Source of the DNA: Euglena gracilis
Lineage: Eukaryota
NCBI GenBank assembly: GCA_039621445.1
Contig: CP154954.1
Span: forward strand, 34,953,703 to 35,017,702
Reading direction: 5' to 3'
DNA length: 64,000 bases
Part shown: piece after piece, positions 25,420 to 39,400 of the stretch
Layout: every line of letters begins with the position of its first letter
How positions within the stretch are numbered: position 1 is the first letter of the stretch
Notes under the pieces: model-generated
Seen by the model: the letters and a program-made list of their open reading frames with translations, nothing else
Databases searched by the model: none
Told to the model about the DNA's origin: nothing
Made by a program: the position numbers and the translations under genes

Positions 25420-28400
25420 CCTTACTCTGAGTAACCAAATGGGTGTTCCAGGAGGCCTCCAAAGTCAGGGGACCCGTTGTTTTCATGATTCTCGTGGTTT
25501 AATGGTAAGAAAAACATGCAGCGAGAATGTTCGTTGCAAGACACGAGCACATTTAGATGGGTGCATTCGACCATTCCGGGGAATATTTACCAGGTCAGCC
25601 CAGGTTACTATGTAAAAATGGACCAAAATGGGCCTTACTCCGACTAACCGAATGGGTGTTCCAGGAGGCCTCCAAAGTCAGGGGACCGTTGGTTTCAGGG
25701 TTGTCGTGGTTTAATGGTAAGAAAAACATGCAGCGGGAATGTTGGTTTCAAGAAATGAGCACATTTAGATGGGTGCATTCGACCATTCCGGGGGACATTC
25801 ACCAGGTCAGCCCAGGTTACCATGTAAAAATGGACAAAATTGGGCCTTTCTCCGACTAACTGAATGGGTGTTCCAGGCGGCCTCCAAAGTCAGGTGACTC
25901 GTTGGTTTTATGATTGTCGTGGTTAATACGTAAGAAAAACGTGCAGCGGGAATGTTGGTTGCAAGACACGAGCACATTTAGATGGGTGCATTCGACCATT
26001 CCGGGGGACATTTACCAGGTCCACCCAGGTTACCATGTAAAAATGGACCAAAATGGGCCTTACTCTGAGTAACCGAATGGGTGTTCCAGGAGGCCTCCAA
26101 AGTCAGGGGACCCGTTGCTTTCAGGATTGTCGTGGTTTAATGGTAAGAAAAACATGCAGCGGGAATGTTGGTGGCAAGACACGAGCACATTTAGATGGGT
26201 GCATTCGACCATTCCGGGGGACATTTACCAGGTCAGCCCAGGTTACCATGTAAAAATGGACCAAAATGGGCCTTACTCCGACTAACCGAATGGGTGATTC
26301 AGGAGTCCTCCAAAGTCAGGGGACCCGTTGGTTTCGTGATTGTCGTGGTTTAATGGTAAGAAAAATATGCAGCTGGAATGTTGGTTGCAAGACACGAGCA
26401 CATTTAGATCGGTGCATTCGACCATTCCGGGGGACATTTACCAGGTCAGCCCAGGTTACCATGTAAAAATGGACCAAATTGCGCCTTACTGCGAGTAACC
26501 GAATGAGTGTTCCAGGAGGCCTCCAAAGTCAGGGGACATGTTGGTTTCATGATTGTCGTGGTTTAATGGTAGAAAAAAATGCAGCGGGGACATTGTTTGC
26601 AAGTAATGAGAACATTTAGATGGGTGCATTCGACCGTTCCGGGGGACATTTACCAGGTCAGCCCCGGTTACCATGTAAAAACGGACCAAAATGGGCCTTA
26701 CTCCGAGTAACCGAATGGGTGTTCCAGGAGGCCTCCAAAGTCAGGGGACCCGTTGGTTTCAGGATTGTCGTGGTTTAATGGCAAGAAAAACATGCAGCGG
26801 GAACGTTGGTTGCGAGGAATGAGCACATTTAGATGGGTGCATTCGACCATTCCGGGGACATTTACCAGGTCAGCCCAGGTTACCATGTAAAAACGGACCA
26901 AAATGGGGCTTACTCCCGGTAACCGAATGGGTGTTCCAGGAGGCCTCCAAAGTCAGGGGACCCGTTAGTATCATGATTTTCGTGGTTTAATGGTAAGAAA
27001 AACATGCAGCGAGAATGTTCGTTGCAAGACACGAGCACATTTAGATGGGTGCATTCGACCATTCCGGGGAATATTTACCAGGTCAGCCCAGGTTACTATG
27101 TAAAAATGGACCAAAATGGGCCTTACTCCGACTAACCAAATGGGTGTTCCAGGAGGCCTCCAAAGTCAGTGGACAGTTGGTTTCAGAATTGTCGTGGTTT
27201 AATGGTAAGAAAAACATGCAGCGGGAATGTTGGTTCCAAGAAATGAGCACATTTAGATGGGTGCATTCGACCATTCCGGGGGACATTTACCAGGTCAGCC
27301 CAGGTTACCATGTAAAAATGGACAAAATTGGGCCTTTCTCCGAGTAACTGAATGGGTGTTCCAGGCGGCCTCCAAAGTCAGGGGACCCGTTGGTTTCATG
27401 ATTGTCGTGGTTAATACGTAAGAAAAACATGCAGCGGGAATGTTGGTTGCAAGACACGAGCACATTTAGATGGGTGCATTCGACCATTCCGGGGGACATT
27501 TACCAGGTCCGCCCAGGTTACCATGTAAAAATGGACCAAAATGGGCCTTACTCTGAGTAACCAAATGGGTGTTCCAGGAGGCCTCCAAAGTCAGGGGACC
27601 CGTTGGTTTCAGGATTGTCGTGGTTTAATGGTAAGAAAAACATGCAGCGGGAATGTTGGTTGCAAGACACGAGCACATTTAGATGGGTGCATTCGACCAT
27701 TCCGGGGGACATTTACCAGGTCCGCCCAGGTTACCATGTAAAAAAGGACCAAAATGGGCCTTACTCCGACTAACCGAATGGGTGTTCCAGGAGGCCTCCA
27801 AAGTCAGGGGACCCGTTGGTTTCAGGATTGTCGTGGTTTAATGGTAAGAAAAATATGAAGCTGGAATGTTGGTTGCAAGACACGAGCACATTTAGATGGG
27901 TGCATTCGACCATTCCGGGGGACATTTACCAGGTCAGCTCAGGTTACCATGTAAAAATGGACCAAAATGGGCATTACTCCGACTAACCGAATGGGTGATT
28001 CAGGAGTCCTCCAAAGTCAGGGGACCCGTTGGTTTCGTGATTGTCGTGGTTTAATGGTAAGAAAAATATGAAGCTGGAATGTTGGTTGCAAGACACGAGC
28101 ACATTTAGATCGGTGCATTCGACCATTCCGGGGGACATTTACCAGGTCAGCCCAGGTTACCATGTAAAAATGGACCAAATTGCGCCTTACTGCGAGTAAC
28201 CGAATGGGTGTTCCAGGAGGCCTCCAAAGTCAGGGGACATGTTGGTTTCATGATTGTCGTGGTTTAATGGTAGAAAAAAATGCAGCGGGGACATTGTTTG
28301 CAAGTAATGAGAACATTTAAATGGGTGCATTCGACCGTTCCGGGGGACATTTACCAGGTCAGCCCCGGTTACCATGTAAAAACGGACCAAAATGGGCCTT

Positions 28401-28700
28401 ACTCCGAGTAACCGAATGGGTGTTCCAGGAGGCCTCCAAAGTCAGGGGACCCGTTGGTTTCAGGATTGTCGTGGTTTAATGACAAGAAAAACATGCAGCG
28501 GGAACGTTGGTTGCGAGGAATGAGCACATTTAGATGGGTGCATTCGACCATTCCGGGGACATTTACCAGGTCAGCCCAGGTTACCATATAAAAACGGACC
28601 AAAATGGGGCTTACTCCCGGTAACCGAATGGGTGTTCCAGGAGGCCTCCAAAGTCAGGGGACCCGTTAGTATCATGATTTTCGTGGTTTAATGGTAAGAA
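25420..28700 (-). repeat. 7-monomer (1488 bp) duplication whose second copy gained one monomer (offset becomes 1701 bp)
   Basis: GCGAGAATGTTCG at 25521 and ~27009, and GGTTAATACGTAAG at 25921 and 27409 (offset 1488). Later markers are offset by 1701 (variant ORFs 26486/28187 and 26698/28399). Confidence 0.85.
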
Positions 28701-29699
28701 AAACATGCAGCGGGAATGTTGGTTGCAAGACACGAGCACATTTAGATGGGTGCATTCGACCATTCCGGGGGACATTTACCAGGTCAGCCCAGGTTACCAT
28801 GTAAAAATGGACCAAAATGCGCCTTACTCTGAGTAACCGAATGGGTGTTCCAGGAGGCCTCCAAAGGCAGGGGACCGTTGGTTTCATGATTGTCGTGGTT
28901 TAATGGTAAGAAAAACATGCAGCGGGAATGTTGGTTGCAAGACACGAGCACATTTAGATGGGTGCATTCGACCATTCCGGGGGACATTTACCAGGTAAGC
29001 CCAGGTTACCATGTAAAAATGGACCAAAATGGGCCTTACTCCGACTAACCGAATGGGTGATTCAGTAGTCCTCCAAAGTCAGGGGACCCGTTGGTTTCGT
29101 GATTGTCGTGGTTTAATGGTAACAAAAATATGCAACTGGAATGTTGGTTGCAAGACACGAGCACATTTAGATCGGTGCATTCGACCATTCCGGGGGACAT
29201 TTACCAGGTCAGCCCAGGTTACCATGTAAAAATGGACCAAATTGCGCCTTACTGCGAGTAACCGAATGGGTGTTCCAGGACGCCTCCAAAGTCAGGGGAC
29301 ACGTTGGTTTCATGATTGTCGTGGTTTAATTTTAAGAAAAAAATGCAGCGGGGACGTTGTTTGCAAGGAATGAGAACATTTAGATGGGTGCATTCGACCG
29401 TTCCGGGGGACATTTACCAGGTCAGCCCTGGTTATCATGTAAAAATGGACCAAGTTGGGCCTTACTCCGAGTAACCGAATGGGTGTTCCAGGAGGCTTCC
29501 AAAGTCAGGGGACCCGTTGGTTTCAGGATTGTCGTGGTTTAATGGTAATAAAAAAATGCAGCGGGAATGTTGGTTGCAAGAAATGAGCACATTTAGATGG
29601 GTGCATTCGACCATTCCGGGGGACATTTACCAGGTCAGCCCAGGTTACCGTGTAAAAACGGACCAAAATGGGGCTTACTCCCGGTAACCGAATGGGTGT

Positions 29700-32600
29700 T
29701 CCAGGAGGCCTCCAAAGTCAGTGGACCCGTTAGTTTCATGATTTTTGTGGTTTAATGGTAATAAAAACATGCAGCGGGAATGTTGGTTGCAAGACACGAG
29801 CACATTTAGATGGGTGCATTCGACCATTCCGGGGGACATTTACCAGGTCAGCCCAGGTTACCATGTAAAAATGGACCAAAATGGGCCTTACTCTGAGTAA
29901 CCGAATGGGTGTTCCAGGAGGCCTCCAAAGGCAGGGGACCCGTTGGTTTCATGATTGTCGTGGTTTAATGGTAAGAAAAACATGCAGCGGGAACGTTGGT
30001 TGCAAGACACGAGCACATTTAGATCGGTGCATTCGACCATTCCGTGGGACATTTACCAGGTCAGCCCAGGTTACCATGTAAAAATGGACCAAATTGCGCC
30101 TTACTGCGAGTAACCGAATGGGTGTTCCAGGAGGCCTCCAAAGTCAGGGGACCCGTTGGTTTCGTGATTGTCGTGGTTTAATGGCAAGAAAAACATGCAG
30201 CGGGAATGTTGGTTGCAAGAAATGAGCACATTTAGATGGGTGCATTCGACCATTCCGGGGGACATTTACCAGGTCAGCCCAGGTTACCATGTAAAAACGG
30301 ACCAAAATGGGGCTTACTCCTGGTAACCGAATGGGTGTTCCAGGAGGCCTCCAAAGTCAGGGGACCGTTGATTTCATGATTGTCGTGGTTTAATGGTAAG
30401 AAAAACATGCAGCGGGAACGTTGGTTGCAAGGAATGAGCACATTTAGATGGGTGCATTCGACCATTCCGGGGGACATTTACCAGGTCAGCCCAGGTTACC
30501 ATGTAAAAATGGACCAAAATGGGCCTTACTCCGAGTAACCGAGTGGGTGTTCCAGGAGGCCTCCAAAGTCAGGGGACCCGTTGGTTTCAGGATTGTCGTG
30601 GTTTAATGGTGAGAAAAACATGCAGCGGGAATGTTGGTTGCAAGAAATGAGCACATTTAGATGGGTGCATTCGACCATTCCGGGGGACATTTACCAGGTC
30701 AGCCCAGGTTACCATGTAAAAATGGACCAAAATGGGCCTTACTCCGAGTAACCGAATGGGTGTTCCAGGAGGCCTCCAAAGGCAGGGGACCCGTTGGTTT
30801 CAAGATTGTCGTGGTTTAATGGTAACCAAAACATGCAGCGGGAATGTTGGTTGCAAGACACGAGCACATTTAGATCGGTGGATTCGACCATTCCGGGGGA
30901 CATTTACCAGGTCAGCCCAGGTTACCATGTAAAAATGGACCAAATTGGGCCTTACTCCGAGTAACCGAATGGGTGTTCCAGGAGGCCTCCAAAGTCAGGG
31001 GACCCGTTGGTTTCATGATTGTCGTGGTTTAATGGTACGAAAAACATGCAGCGTGAGTGTTGGTTGCAAGACACGAGCACATTTAGATGGGTGCATTCCA
31101 CCATTCCGGGGGACATTTACTAGGTCAGCCCAGGTTACCATGTAAAAATTGACCAAATTGGGCCTTTTTTCGAGTAACCGAATGGGTGTTCCAGGAGGCC
31201 TGCAAAGTCCGGGGACACCTTGGTTTCATGATTGTCGTGGATTAATGGTAATAGAAACATGCAGCGGGAATGTGGGTTGCAAGAAATGAGCACATTTAGG
31301 TGGGTACATTCGACCATTCCGGGGGACATTTTCCACGTCAGCCCAGGTTACCATGTTAAAATGGACCAAAATGGGCCTGACTCCGAGTAACAGAATGTGT
31401 GTTCCAGGAGTCCTCCAATGTCAGGGGACCCGTTGGTTTAGTGATTGTCGTGGTTTAATGGTAACCAAAATATGCAACTGGAATGTTGGTTGCAAGACAC
31501 GAGCACAGTTAGATCGGTGAATTCGACCATTCCGGGGGACATTTTCCAGGTCAGCCCAGGTTACCATGTAAAAATGGACCAAATTGGGCCTTACTCCGAG
31601 TAACCGAATGGGTGTTCCAGGAGGCCTCCAAAGTCAGGGGACCCGTTGGTTTCATGATTGTCGGGGTTTAATGGTAAGAAAAACATGCAGCGGGAATGTT
31701 GGTTGCAAGAAATGAGCACATTTAGATGGGTGCATTCGACCATTCCGGGGGACATTTACCAGGTCAGCCCAGGTTACCATGTAAAAATGGACCAAATTGG
31801 GCCTTACTCCGAGTAACCGAATGGGTGTTCCAGGAGGCCTCCAAAGTCAGTGGACCCGTTAGTTTCATGATTTTTGTGGTTTAATGGTAATAAAAACATG
31901 CAGCGGGAATGTTGGTTGCAAGACACGAGCACATTTAGATGGGTGCATTCGACCATTCCGGGGGACATTTACCAGGTCAGCCCAGGTTACCATGTAAAAA
32001 TGGACCAAAATGGGCCTTACTCTGAGTAACCGAATGGGTGTTCCAGGAGGCCTCCAAAGTCAGGGGACCCGTTGGTTTCATGATTGTCGTGGTTTAATGG
32101 TAAGAAAAACATGCAGCGGGAATGTTGGTTGCAAGACACGAGCACATTTAGATCGGTGCATTCGACCATTCCGTGGGACATTTACCAGGTCAGCCCAGGT
32201 TACCATGTAAAAATGGACCAAATTGCGCCTTACTGCGAGTAACCGAATGGGTGTTCCAGGATGCCTCCAAAGTCAGGGGACCCGTTGGTTTCGTGATTGT
32301 CGTGGTTTAATGGCAAGAAAAACATGCAGCGGGAATGTTGGTTGCAAGAAATGAGCACATTTAGATGGGTGCATTCGACCATTCCGGGGGACATTTACCA
32401 GGTCAGCCCAGGTTACCATGTAAAAATGGACCAAAATGGGGCTTACTCCTGGTAACCGAATGGGTGTTCCAGGAGGCCTCCAAAGTCAGGGGACCGTTGG
32501 TTTCATGATTGTCGTGGTTTAATGGTAAGAAAAACATGCAGCGGGAATGTTGGTTGCAAGACACGAGCACATTTAGATGGGTGCATTCGACCATTCCGGG

Positions 32601-33280
32601 GGACATTTACCAGGTCAGCCCAGGTTACCATGTAAAAATGGACCAAATTGGGCCTTACTCCGAGTAACCGAGTGGGTGTTCCAGGAGGCCTCCAAAGTCA
32701 GGGGACCCGTTGGTTTCAGGATTGTCGTGGTTTAATGGTAAGAAAAACATGCAGCGGGAATGTTGGTTGCAAGAAATGAGCACATTTAGATGGGTGCATT
32801 CGACCATTCCGGGGGACATTTACCAGGTCAGCCCAGGTTACCATGTAAAAATGGACCAAAATGGGCCTTACTCCGAGTAACCGAATGGGTGTTCCAGGAG
32901 GCCTCCAAAGTCAGGGGACCCGTTGGTTTCATGATTGTCGTGGTTTAATGGTAAGAAAAACATGCAGCGGGAATGTTGGTTGCAAGACACGAGCACATTT
33001 AGATGGGTGCATTCGACCATTCCGGGGGACATTTACCAGGTCAGCCCAGGTTACCATGTAAAAATGGACCAAATTGGGCCTTACTCCGAGTAACCGAATG
33101 GGTGTTCCAGGAGGCCTCCAAAGTCAGGGGACCCGTTGGTTTCATGATTGTCGTGGTTTAATGGTAAGAAAAACATGCAGCGGGAATGTTGGTTGCAAGA
33201 CACGAGCACATTTAGATGGGTGCATTCGACCATTCCGGGGGACATTTTCCAGGTCAGCCCAGGTTACCATGTAAAAATGG
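29700..33280 (-). repeat. 10-monomer (2129 bp) offset duplication
   Basis: GTGGACCCGTTAGTTTCATGATTTTTG at 29721 and 31850; TCCGTGGGAC at 30041 and 32170. The 212-bp monomer ORFs at 30274 and 32403 share the 2129 offset. Confidence 0.8.
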
Positions 33281-36200
33281 ACCAAATTGGGCCTTACTCC
33301 GAGTAACCGAATGGGTGTTCCAGGAGGCCTCCAAAGTCAGGGGACCCGTTGGTTTCATGATTGTCGGGGTTTAATGGTAAGAAAAACATGCAGCGGGAAT
33401 GTTGGTTGCAAGAAATGAGCACATTTAGATGGGTGCATTCGACCATTCCGGGGGACATTTACCAGGTCAGCCCAGGTTACCATGTAAAAATGGACCAAAT
33501 TGGGCATTACTCCGAGTAACCGAATGGGTGTTCCAGGAGGCCTCCAAAGTCAGGGGACCCGTTGGTTTCATGATTGTCGTGGTTTAATGGTAAGAAAAAC
33601 ATGCAGCGGGAATGTGGGTTGCAAGAAATGAGCACATTTAGGTGGGTACTTTCGACCATTCCGGGGGACATTTTCCACGCCAGCCCAGGTTACCATGTAA
33701 AAATGGACCAAAATGGGCTTGACATCGAGTAACCGAATGGGAGTTCCAGGAGGCCTCCAAAGTCAGGGGACCCGTTGGTTTCAGGATTGTCGTGGTTTAA
33801 TGGTAAGAAAAACATGCAGCGGGAGTGTTGGTTTCAAGACACGAGCACGTTTAGATGGGTGCATTCGACCATTCCGAGGGACATTTACCAGGTCAGCCCA
33901 GGTTACCATGTTAAAATGGACCAAAATGGGCCTTACTCCGAGTAACCGAATGGGTGTTCCAGGAGGCCTCCAAAGTCAGGGGACCCGTTGGTTTCATGAT
34001 TGTCGTGGTTTACTGGTAAGATAAACATGCAGCGGGAATGTTGGTTGCAAGACACGAGCACATTTAGATGGTGCACTCCATCATTCCGGGGGACATTTAC
34101 CCGGTCAGCCCAGGTTACCATGTAAAAATGGACCAAATTGGGCCTTACTGCGACTAACCGAATGGGTGTTCCAGGAGGCCTCCAAAGACAGGGGACCCGT
34201 TGGTTTCATGATTGTCGTGGTTTAATGGTAAGAAAAACATGCAGCGGGAGTGTAGGTCGCAAGACAGGAGCACGTTTAGATGGGTGCATTCGACCATTCC
34301 GGGGGACATTTACCAGGTCCGCCCAGGTTAACATGTAAAAATGGACCAAATTGGGCATTATTCCGAGTAACCGAATGGGTGTTCCAGGAGAGTTCCATTT
34401 TGGGGGACATTTACCAGGTCAGCCCAGGTTACCATGTAAAAACGGACCAAAATGCGCCTTACTGCGACTAACCGAATGGGTGTTCCAGGAGGCCTGCAAA
34501 GTCGGGGGACCTGTTGGTTTCAGGATTGTCGTGGTTTAATGGTAAGAAAAACATGCAGCGGGAATGTTGGTTGCAAGAAATGAGCACATTTAGATGGGTG
34601 CATTCCGGGGGACATTTACCAGGTCAGCCCAGGTTACCATGTAAAATTGGACCAAAATGGGCCTTACACTGAGTAACCGAATGGGTGTTCCAGGAGGCTT
34701 CCAAAGTCAGGGGCCCCGTTGGTTTCGTGATTGTCGTGGTTTAATGGTAAGAGAAACAAGCAGCGGGAATGTTGGTTGCAAGAAATGAGCACATTTATAT
34801 GGGTGCATTCGACCATTCCGGGGGACATTTACCAGGTCAGCCCAGGTTACCATGTTAAAGTGGACCAAAATGGGCCTTACTCCGAGTAACCGAATGGGTG
34901 TTCCAGGAGGCCTCCAAATTCAGGGGACCCTTTGGTTTCATGATTTTCGTGGTTTAATGGTAAGAGAAACATGCAGCGGGAATGTGGGTTGCAAGAAATG
35001 AGCACATCTAGATGGGTACATTCGACCATTCCGGGGGACATTTACCAGGTCAGCCCAGGTTACCATGTAAAAATGGACCAAAATGGGCCTGACTCCGAGT
35101 AACCGAACGGGTGTTCCAGGAGGCCTCCAAAGTCAGGTGATCCGTTGGTTTCATGATTGTCGTGGTTTAATGGTAAGAAAAACATGCAGCGGGAATGTTG
35201 ATTGCAAGAAATGAGCCCATTTAAATGGGTGCATTCGACCATTCCGGGGGACATTTACCAGGTCAGCCCAGGTTACCATGTTAAAATGGACCAAAATGGG
35301 CCGTATTCCGAGTAACCGAATGGGTGTTCCAGGAGGCCTCCAAAGTCAGGGGACCCGTTGGTTTCATTGTTGTCGTGTTGTAATGGTAAGAAAAACATGC
35401 AGCGGGAATGTTGGTTGCAAGAAATGAGCACATTTAGATGGGTGCATTCGACCATTTCGGGGGACATTTACCAGGTCAGCCCAGGTTACCATGTTAAAAT
35501 GGACCAAAATGGGCCGTATTCCGAGTAACCGAATGGGTGTTCCAGGAGGCCTCCAAAGTCAGGGCTTCCGTTGGTTTCATGATTGTCGTGGTTTAATGGT
35601 AAGAAAAACATGCAGCGGGAACGTTGGTTGCAAGAAATGAGCACATTTGGATGGGTGCATTCGACCATTCCGGGGGACAGTTACCAGGTCAGCCCAGGTT
35701 CCCTTGTAAAAGTGGACCAAAATGGGCCTTACTCCCAGTAACCGAATGGGTGTTCCAGGAGACCTCCAAAGTCAGGGCACCCGTTGGTTTCATGATTGTC
35801 ATGGTTTAATGGTAAGAAAAACATGCAGTGTGAACGATGGTTGCAAGAAATGAGCTCATTTAGATGGGTGCATTCGACCATTCCGGGGGACATTTACCAG
35901 GTCAGCCCAGGTTACCATGTAAAAATGGACCAAATTGGGCCTTACTCTGAGTAACCGAATGGGTGTTCCAGGAGGCCTCCAAAGTCAGGGGACCCGTTGG
36001 TTTCATGATTGTCGTGGTTTAATGGTAAGAAAAACATGCAGCGGGAATGTTGGTTGCAAGAAATGAGCACATTTAGATGGGAGCATTCGACCATTCCGGG
36101 GGACATTTACCAGGTCAGCCCAGGTACCATGTAAAAATGGACCAAATTGGGCCTTACTCCGAGTAACCGAATGGGTGTTCCAGGAGGCCTCCAAAGTCAG

Positions 36201-36499
36201 GGGACCCGTTGGTTTCATGATTGTCGTGGTTTAATGGTAAGAAAAACATGCAGCGGGAATGTTGGTTGCAAGAAATGAGCACATTTAGATGGGTGCATTC
36301 GACCATTCCGGGGGACATTTACCAGGTCAGCCCAGGTTCCCTTGTAAAAGATGACCAAAATGGGCCTTACTCTGAGTAACCGAATTGGTGTTCCAGGAGG
36401 CCTCCAAAGTCAGGGGACCCGTTGGTTTCATGATTGTCGTGGTTTAATGGTAAGAAAAACATGCAGCGGGAATGTTGGTTGCAAGAAATCAGCACATTT

Positions 36500-39400
36500 A
36501 TATGGGTGCATTCGACCATTCCGGGGGACATTTACCAGGTCAGCCCAGGTTACCATGTAAAAATGGACCAAAATGGGCCTTACTCCGAGTAACCGAATGG
36601 GTGTTCCAGGAGGCCTCCAAAGTCAGGGGACCGTTGGTTTCATGATTGTCGTGGTTTAATGGTAAGAAAAACATGCAGCGGAAATGTTGGTTGCAAGAAA
36701 TGAGCACATTTAGATGGTTGTATTCGACCATTCCGGGGGACATTTACCAGGTCAGCCCAGGTTACCATGTAAAAATGGACCAAAATGGGCCTTACTCCGA
36801 GTAACCGAATGGGTGTTCCAGGAGGCCTCCAAAGTCAGGGGACCCGTTGGTTTCATGATTGTCGTGGTTTAATGGTAAGAAAAACAAGCAGCGGGAATGT
36901 TGGTTGCAAGAAATGAGCACATTTAGATGGGTGCATTCGACCATTCCGGGGGACATTTACCAGGTCAGCCCAGGTTACCATGTAAAAATGGACCAAATTG
37001 GGCCTTACTCCGAGTAACCGAATGGGTGTTCCAGGAGGCCTCCAAAGTCAGGGACCCGTTGGTTTCATGATTGTCGTGGTTTAATGGTAAGAAAAACATG
37101 CAGCGGGAACGGTGGTTGCAAGAAATGAGCACATTTAGATGGGTGCATTCGACCATTCCGGGGGACATTTACCAGGTCAGCCCAGGTTACCATGTAAAAA
37201 TGGACCAAAATGGGCCTTACTCCGAGTAACCGAATGGGTGTTCCAGGAGGCCTCCAAAGTCAGGGGACCCGTTGGTTTCATGATTGTCGTAGTTTAATGG
37301 TAAGAAAAACATGCAGCGGGAATGTTGGTTGCAAAAAATGAGCACATTTAGATGGGTGCATTCGACCATTCCGGGGGACATTTACCAGGTCAGCCCAGGT
37401 TACCATGTAAAAATGGACCAAATTGGGCCTTACTCCGAGTAACCGAATGGGTGTTCCAGGAGGCCTCCAAAGTCAGGGGACCCGTTGGTTTCATGATTTT
37501 CGTAGATTAATGGTAAGAAAAACAAGCAGCGGGAATGTTGGTTGCAAGAAATGAGCACATTTAGATGGGTGCATTCGACCATTCCGGGGGACATTTACCA
37601 GGTCAGCCCAGGTTACCATGTAAAAATGGACCAAATTGGGCCTTACTCCGAGTAACCGAATGGGTGTTCCAGGAGGCCTCCAAAGTCAGGGGACCCGTTG
37701 GTTTCATGATTGTCGTGGTTTAATGGTAAGAAAAACAAGCAGCGGGAATGTTGGTTGCAAGAAATGAGCACATTTAGATGGGTGCATTCGACCATTCCGG
37801 GGGACATTTACCAGGTCAGCCCAGGTTACCATGTAAAAATGGACCAAATGGGCCTTACTCCGAGTAACCGAATGGGTGTTCCAGGAGGCCTCCAAAGTCA
37901 GGGGACCTGTTGGTTTCACGATTGTCGTGGTTTAATGGTAAGAAAAACATGCAGCGGAAATGTTGGTTGCAAGAAATGAGCACATTTAGATGGGTGCATT
38001 CGACCATTCCGGGGGACATTTACCAGGTCAGCCCAGGTTACCATGTAAAAATGGACCAAAATGGGCCTTACTCCGAGTAACCGAATGGGTGTTCCAGGAG
38101 GCCTCCAAAGTCAGGGGACCCGTTGGTTTCATGATTGTCGTGGTTTAATGGTAAGAAAAACAAGCAGCGGGAATGTTGGTTGCAAGAAATGAGCACATTT
38201 AGATGGGTGCATTCGACCATTCCGGGGGACATTTACCAGGTCAGCCCAGGTTACCATGTAAAAATGGACCAAAATGGGCCTTACTCCGAGTAACCGAATG
38301 GGTGTTCCAGGAGGCCTCCAAAGTCAGGGGACCCGTTGTTTTCATGATTGTCGTGGTTTAATGGTAAGAAAAACATGCAGCGGGAACGTTGGTTGCAAGA
38401 AATGAGCACATTTAGATGGGTGCATTCGACCATTCCGGGGACATTTACCAGGTCAGCCCAGGTTACCATGTAAAAATGGACCAAATTGGGCCTTACTCCG
38501 AGTAACCGAATGGGTGTTCCAGGAGGCCTCCAAAGTCAGGGGACCCGTTGGTTTCATGATTGTCGTAGTTTAATGGTAAGAAAAACACGCAGCGGGAATG
38601 TTGGTTGCAAGAAATGAGCACATTTAGATGGGTGCATTCGACCATTCCGGGGGACATTTACCAGGTCAGCCCAGGTTACCATGTAAAAATGGACCAAATT
38701 GGGCCTTACTCCGAGTAACCGAATGGGTGTTCCAGGAGGCCTCCAAAGTCAGGGGACCCATTGGTCTCATGATCGTCGTGGTTCAGTGGTAAGAAAAACA
38801 TGCAGCGGGAATGTTGGTTGCAAGAAATGAGCTCATTTAGATGGGTGCATTCGACCATTCCGGGGGACATTTACCAGGTCAGCCCAGGTTACCATGTAAA
38901 AATGGACCAAATTGGGCCTTACTCCGAGTAACCGAATGGGTGTTCCAGGAGGCCTCCAAAGTCAGGGGACCCGTTGGTTTCATGATTGTCGTGGTTTAAT
39001 GGTAAGAGAAACAAGCAGCGGGAATGTTGGTTGCAAGAAATCAGCACATTTATATGGGTGCATTCGACCATTCCGGGGGACATTTACCAGGTCACCCCAG
39101 GTTACCATGTAAAAATGGACCAGAATGGGCCTTACTCTGAGTAACCGAATTGGTGTTCCAGGAGGCCTCCAAAGTCAGGGGACCTGTTGGTTTCACGATT
39201 GTCGTGGTTTAGTGGTAAGAAAAACTTGCAGCGGAAATGTTGGTTGCAAGAAATGAGCACATTTAGATGGGTGCATTCGACCATTCCGGGGGACATTTAC
39301 CAGGTCAGCCCAGGTTACCATGTAAAAATGGACCAAAATGGGCCTTACTCCGAGTAACCGAATGGGTGTTCCAGGAGGCCTCCAAAGTCAGGGGACCCGT

